Origin: Podospora anserina
Taxonomy: Eukaryota
Reading direction: 5' to 3'
Length of the DNA: 64,000 nt
Assembly: GCA_017654855.1 (NCBI GenBank)
Contig: CM030336.1
Coordinates: 4,588,001 to 4,652,000 of the forward strand
This document shows, piece after piece, positions 59,322-64,000 of this stretch. Numbering within the stretch: the first letter of the stretch is position 1; every line of letters starts with the position of its first letter. The position numbers and the translations under genes are program-made. Under the pieces are notes generated by a model. The model was not told where the DNA came from. It searched no databases and worked only from the letters and a program-made list of their open reading frames with translations.

Positions 59322-62300
59322 ATGGCAGAAGCAATGGACTCGGTGCAAAGATTCTGGCACCTTCCCCATAGGATCACAGGTGGCTTCAGGCGAGATGACG
59401 AAAAATACCACTCGGATCTTATTCTGTTGCACCCAGACCCCAAAGCAGTGAAAGAAGAAGAGGAAGTCTTACCACCACAAGCAGAGTGTGTCTGACCAGC
59501 AAAATTGGCCACCAGAAGCGGACATATAGCTGATGAAAGCGTAAAGACTCATATTCGTGGCCGGTCTTGGTGGTCATTACCTGGAGACATGGAAACACAA
59601 AGATGAATATGGCAAAGTAACAATATGGCCTCGCGATCTTCTTGGCTTAAAGCATTGCGGTGTTGAGAACGTACGAGTCTGGTCTTTCCACTATAACACC
59701 ACCCTACGAGGCGCCTCAGATGCCACCAAGGTCACTGACCATGCCCACGAGCTTCTCGACCTGCTCATGATGAAGCTCACCGGGGACTTGTTTCCTGTAC
59801 CAGGGCCGGACGGTCGATGGGAATTCCAACTGAACCCCATCATATTTGTGGGACACAGTCTTGGAGGCATGTTGATCAAACGGGCCATGCTTTTGGCGAA
59901 TACCAGACCCAATTATCATGTTCTGTGGCATGCAACTCGAGGAGCAGTAGGCATTCCATACTTGTGTGATTATAGGCAGGCACTAACGTTTGGAGAAAGA
60001 TGTTCTTTGCAGTTCCGCATCACGGTCTTGACAGGCAGGATTGGAAAAAGTATCTGAAATTGGTCTTGAACATCAATTCTCCGCTCCGTGGCTTGACGCC
60101 ATCATCGAGAATGGAGGCGCAGGCAATACAGAATAGCGGCGTCCTCGCCGACATTACTGACGAGTTCAGGAGGCTCCAAGAGTACCTGTTCTTTGTCAAC
60201 TACGTCGAGGGCAAGGTGATGCCAGATTTGGATGCACCGGTGAGTACCTACCTAGTCATCTATGCTTCGGCTGCTAGTTTACGTCAACTGGTATCAACAG
60301 TTGCTAATAAGTGTAACCCATAACAACAGCTGGTCGATGAAGGGCGCGGGTGGATGGACGCCCCCCGGAAACTGCAGATCAAGCTCGAAGGCCACCACCT
60401 GGACCTTTGCAGATTCGCTGAGCCGAATCCAAATGTGCAAAAGAAAGGGGGCTTCCAGCTCGTGGTGTCGCACTTGAAGCACCTGATGGGCGTGACCAAA
60501 GCACTGGAACACATTGGTGATGATGCAAGGAGGGCTCTCGAATCACTCTGCCCAACGGGCTTTCATGGCTATTTCATGGCAAAACAAGCTACCACGGGGA
60601 CCTGCGGATGGATCTCGGAACGAAAAGAATTCCAAGACTGGGTTGAAGATGACAAAGAGAGCCGAATGCTTTGGATTCAGGGTCCACCAGCGTCAGGAAA
60701 GAGCTTTCTCGCCCGCCACATCATCACAGATCTGATCCCTTCATCGACAACACAGAAGGTCGCCCATTGCTTCCTCGACGAGTCGGTCGCTGGACGCAGG
60801 ACTTTGGTTGATCTGCTGCGCGCGACTCTCCACCACGCCCTCCGCATCGAACCAGAGCTGATTCAACATTATCTGGTCCCGCCGTACCTGGAGGCGCAAC
60901 GACACAGCAAGACGTCCAATAACCCCCTCTCAGACGACAGCATTTGGACCCTGGAAGTTCTGGTTCCACTGTGGCCGGAGGTGGTGTCCAAGGTAACCGC
61001 CCGCGACATTCTTACTGTCGTAGTCGACGGTTTTGATGAAATGTCACGCGATTGCCAGGACGGTTTCTTCAGTTGCATTGATGATTTCACGGCTAAGGCC
61101 GAGTCACAGGAACAACGAGAGCGTCTCAAAGTCCTTTTGATTTCACGTGAGGACGGTAAACTCAAGGAACGGAAAGACTTTCAACACTATTTCATAACCA
61201 CGGAAGACATCCGAGAGGATGTTCAGAAGACGGTGATGGCGGCTCTGACAAACATCGACAACTGGGACGGTCCTGAAATGGACATGGTTCAACGACGTCT
61301 CAATTCGCTAGATACAGCTCAGGTGAAAAAGATATGTGATATCGTTGTGGAGAGCTCAAACGGTGATCATCATTTGGCAAATCTAAAAGCCCAGGAGTTG
61401 TTCGGTTCTTTGGTTATTGAGCCCATCAGCACGACAGCAGCCCTAGCGAAAGAGCTACCCAACGACACTGCCAGCATGTACGACCGGGTCTTGAGGCGGG
61501 CACAGCGAAATACGACCTACCAACCTTTTCTCAAACACATTCTGCGATGGGCGGCGTTTCAGATTGAACCTCTCAAGGAGGCCGAGGTAAACACGGCAGT
61601 AGCTCTCAGCATGGCGCAAGATCAAGTGTCCCAGCGGCGAGTGACCACATTAGAATTGGAGAGTTTGCGAAACCTAGTAGGCAGTACAAGGGCCATGGTC
61701 CAGCAACATGGACGACGGCTTGTCGAGGTGAAGGAAGGTGTTCTCCAGCCCGTCAATCAGACACTGAAGAGTTGTCTCACGAAACCTAGGAATGATCAGT
61801 CCCTTCATCTAGAGGAAATGTCTTCTCATGCCGCGCTCGCCAAGATTTGCATCGAGTACCTCACGATGCCATACTTTGCAGACTCTCGGCAGCCCACAGC
61901 AAGCTCTCTTGAGGACAAGGTCAAGAAGAGGATCGAAGAGCACCCCTTTAGTTGTTATGCTGCTCCCCACTGGGATGATCACGTTGCAGCAGCTGGGTCT
62001 GTATGGGGTGAAGCTGACAGTCATATCGTTCAAGTTCAACAGCTTCTTCGGGACGAGACAACCCACTATGGGATATCCTGCGCAGAAGTCCGTTGGTATT
62101 TGAAGAGAAGAACCATGGACGAATTTCCTCTTTCTTACCGGGGCGCCTTGGACGAGGCTCCAACGGCGGCCTCCACGCCACTGTCAGTCGTGGATTCACC
62201 CCCCCTCACGGAGTCACCAGACACGGTCTTCGAAAGTTCTGGAGACGTTGCAGCCACCGGAATTACGATTAGGTCGCTGAACCGGGAGCACGAGGTCAAG

Positions 62301-63628
62301 CAAGACGACCCTACCCCGGCTGGACGTATCAACCATGCTGGGCCTGCCGTCCGTGATCAGGATGCCGTATCAGGGGTCGGTCATCCGCGGGGGCCCCTTG
62401 ACGTTGACACGAATTTCCAGAACTTGGTTGCTTTGTCCCACGGACCAATTCAAAGTCTAAATCAACTTGAAAGAAAGGGGGCCGGCGAGGCAGCAAAAAG
62501 TCCCATTGCAGTTCAACGCCATCCAGAGCGAACCGCTGCACTTGAAAGGCACGATCAGCCACCTGAACGATCGGCTCTATCAGGAACAACGCTGCCTCTG
62601 CGTTATGTGGAACGACGTAAGACTCGTAGTCTGCGAGATGTTGACCCCCTCGAACTGCTGCAACCAAAGGAGGCCACAGGCATTGTGGATTCCCTGAGAA
62701 AAGCCGACAAAGATCCCGTCAGCGTGGGGGAGCAGTCCATGCTAAATGCAAGTGTGAATCCTCCAGTTCCTCAGCCGACAACTGCCGCCCAGTTCAGCAA
62801 TCACAGGCCTAGTCAAAATGCGCCCACACGGCCCACCGACCGCGGTGTTTCTAACATCGCAGGGCAAAGCCAAACCAGAAGGGACCGCGAACACAGGAGC
62901 TTCTACGACAGACTTCAACAAGATCCAAATCTGATGGACGTCGTACCACCACCACCTGACCTAGATCTGGAACGGAGAACAATGAATGCCATGCTAAACA
63001 CTAATACACCATCCCAACAACCTGCTCCACCGACGGTCAGCCTTCTTCCTAACATTGTACCTGTATCACCGCAGCAATCTCCCAAAAGACAAAGCGTTGA
63101 TCCCGCACCACTTGAGCCTCGCTCAAACGCTTCTAGAAGATCGGAGGAAACGACTTCAAACCCCGCACACGCCAGCACAAAGAAACCAACAGAAGCACGC
63201 AAATCCGAAGAACCTGTCAGCCATCGTGCTGCTGCTGTCAGACCGCCATCAACTAATAGACTTCCACCAGCGGCAGTCCCTACTTACCCCAATCTGTCCC
63301 CAACTACCTATACAGCAGATAACAGAGATACACGTTTCAGGAATGAACCACAACCCCAACCCGGTCTCGACTCCGCACAATTTCCCTACCTGCATGATGA
63401 TGACCAGTCTCAAGATGGGTCAGAACGCAGCGAGTCAGTGGCTGGGGGTGATACACCGGCACAAAAGGCAAAGCGAGGCCTGCTTAGAAGAGCGCTGCAC
63501 AAGACAGCCAAGAGAGTGGATGAGGCGAGCAAGAGAATTGGTATGACCTCCGCATTTGTTTTCATGGCTGGAGGATGTGATGCTGATATTCTTGAGGGGT
63601 TGTAGCGAAGGGTTTGAAGGTGAAGTGA
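59322..63628 (+). CDS. NLR-like protein: SesB-like alpha/beta hydrolase, NACHT NTPase, winged helix and a long disordered C-terminal tail
   Basis: LIFVAGLGGH, IWPRDLL, PIIFVGHSLGG, MFFAVPHHG and GHHLDLCRF. Walker A GPPASGKS and Walker B VVVDGFDE; ILRWAAFQIEPL; HAALAKICIEYL; YAAPHWDDH. Introns ~59485-59544, 59947-59999, 60240-60329 and 63541-63605. Confidence 0.88.
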
Positions 63629-64000
63629 AGGAGATGGCTGTTAGCTGGTGGCTGACTGGCTGGGTAGGTAAGGTACTCTGAGCAACATCAGATGGAGGAA
63701 TGGGGCTTCAAATTTGTATTTATCGTGCTTTCTTGTGATGAACGTGGGCTCAACATCGAAGGCAATTCAAATTTTAACAACATCATAAATCACGTCATAA
63801 GTAGTTTTTCAACCCCAACGTCGTCTGCCTTCCCAACCAGCCCGGTCATCGACCCTGTCTTTTCTTAACTGAATAGTTTGGAAGAATTGCTGGCTTTCTC
63901 AATGATAAGGAAACCTCGCCATTGTGGTCCGTGTGTGTTTACCTACAAAGCCTCACCATACCGCCCATCAATACCTCCCAAACCTCCATATCCCATTCTC

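Overview
Intron-rich DNA from a filamentous ascomycete. Base composition, RIP damage and gene content suggest Sordariales, possibly Podospora; this is an inference. Four zones are visible. (1) 1-7 kb: the RIP-mutated right end of a Fot1/pogo-type DNA transposon, a Q/P-rich orphan gene and an F-box gene. (2) 7.2-37.6 kb: a compact 12-gene aromatic polyketide cluster with a FAD monooxygenase, three O-methyltransferases, an AKR, an SDR, a BBE-like oxidase, a P450, a DUF1857 protein, a three-repeat Myb regulator, an A-T-R carboxylic acid reductase and a non-reducing PKS (KS-AT-PT-ACP-ACP-CMeT-esterase) that appears to lack a SAT domain. An 11-bp motif, AACTCGGGTCC (reverse complement GGACCCGAGTT), occurs in every promoter region of this cluster, including that of the Myb gene. 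(3) 37.8-51 kb: a Zn2Cys6 factor, a DUF3237 protein, a NUDIX hydrolase with a GC-AG intron, a PL3 pectate lyase, a probable pseudogene and a Cys-rich single-pass membrane protein. (4) 51.2-63.6 kb: a putative immunity island. It has a head-to-head pair of stand-alone SesB-like alpha/beta hydrolases (one with a Ser-to-Cys nucleophile and an amyloid/RHIM-like C-terminal segment), a free ankyrin-repeat gene, two small coiled-coil genes, and a SesB-NACHT NLR whose usual sensor repeats are replaced by a long disordered tail. Exon boundaries were read by eye and no database searches were run.
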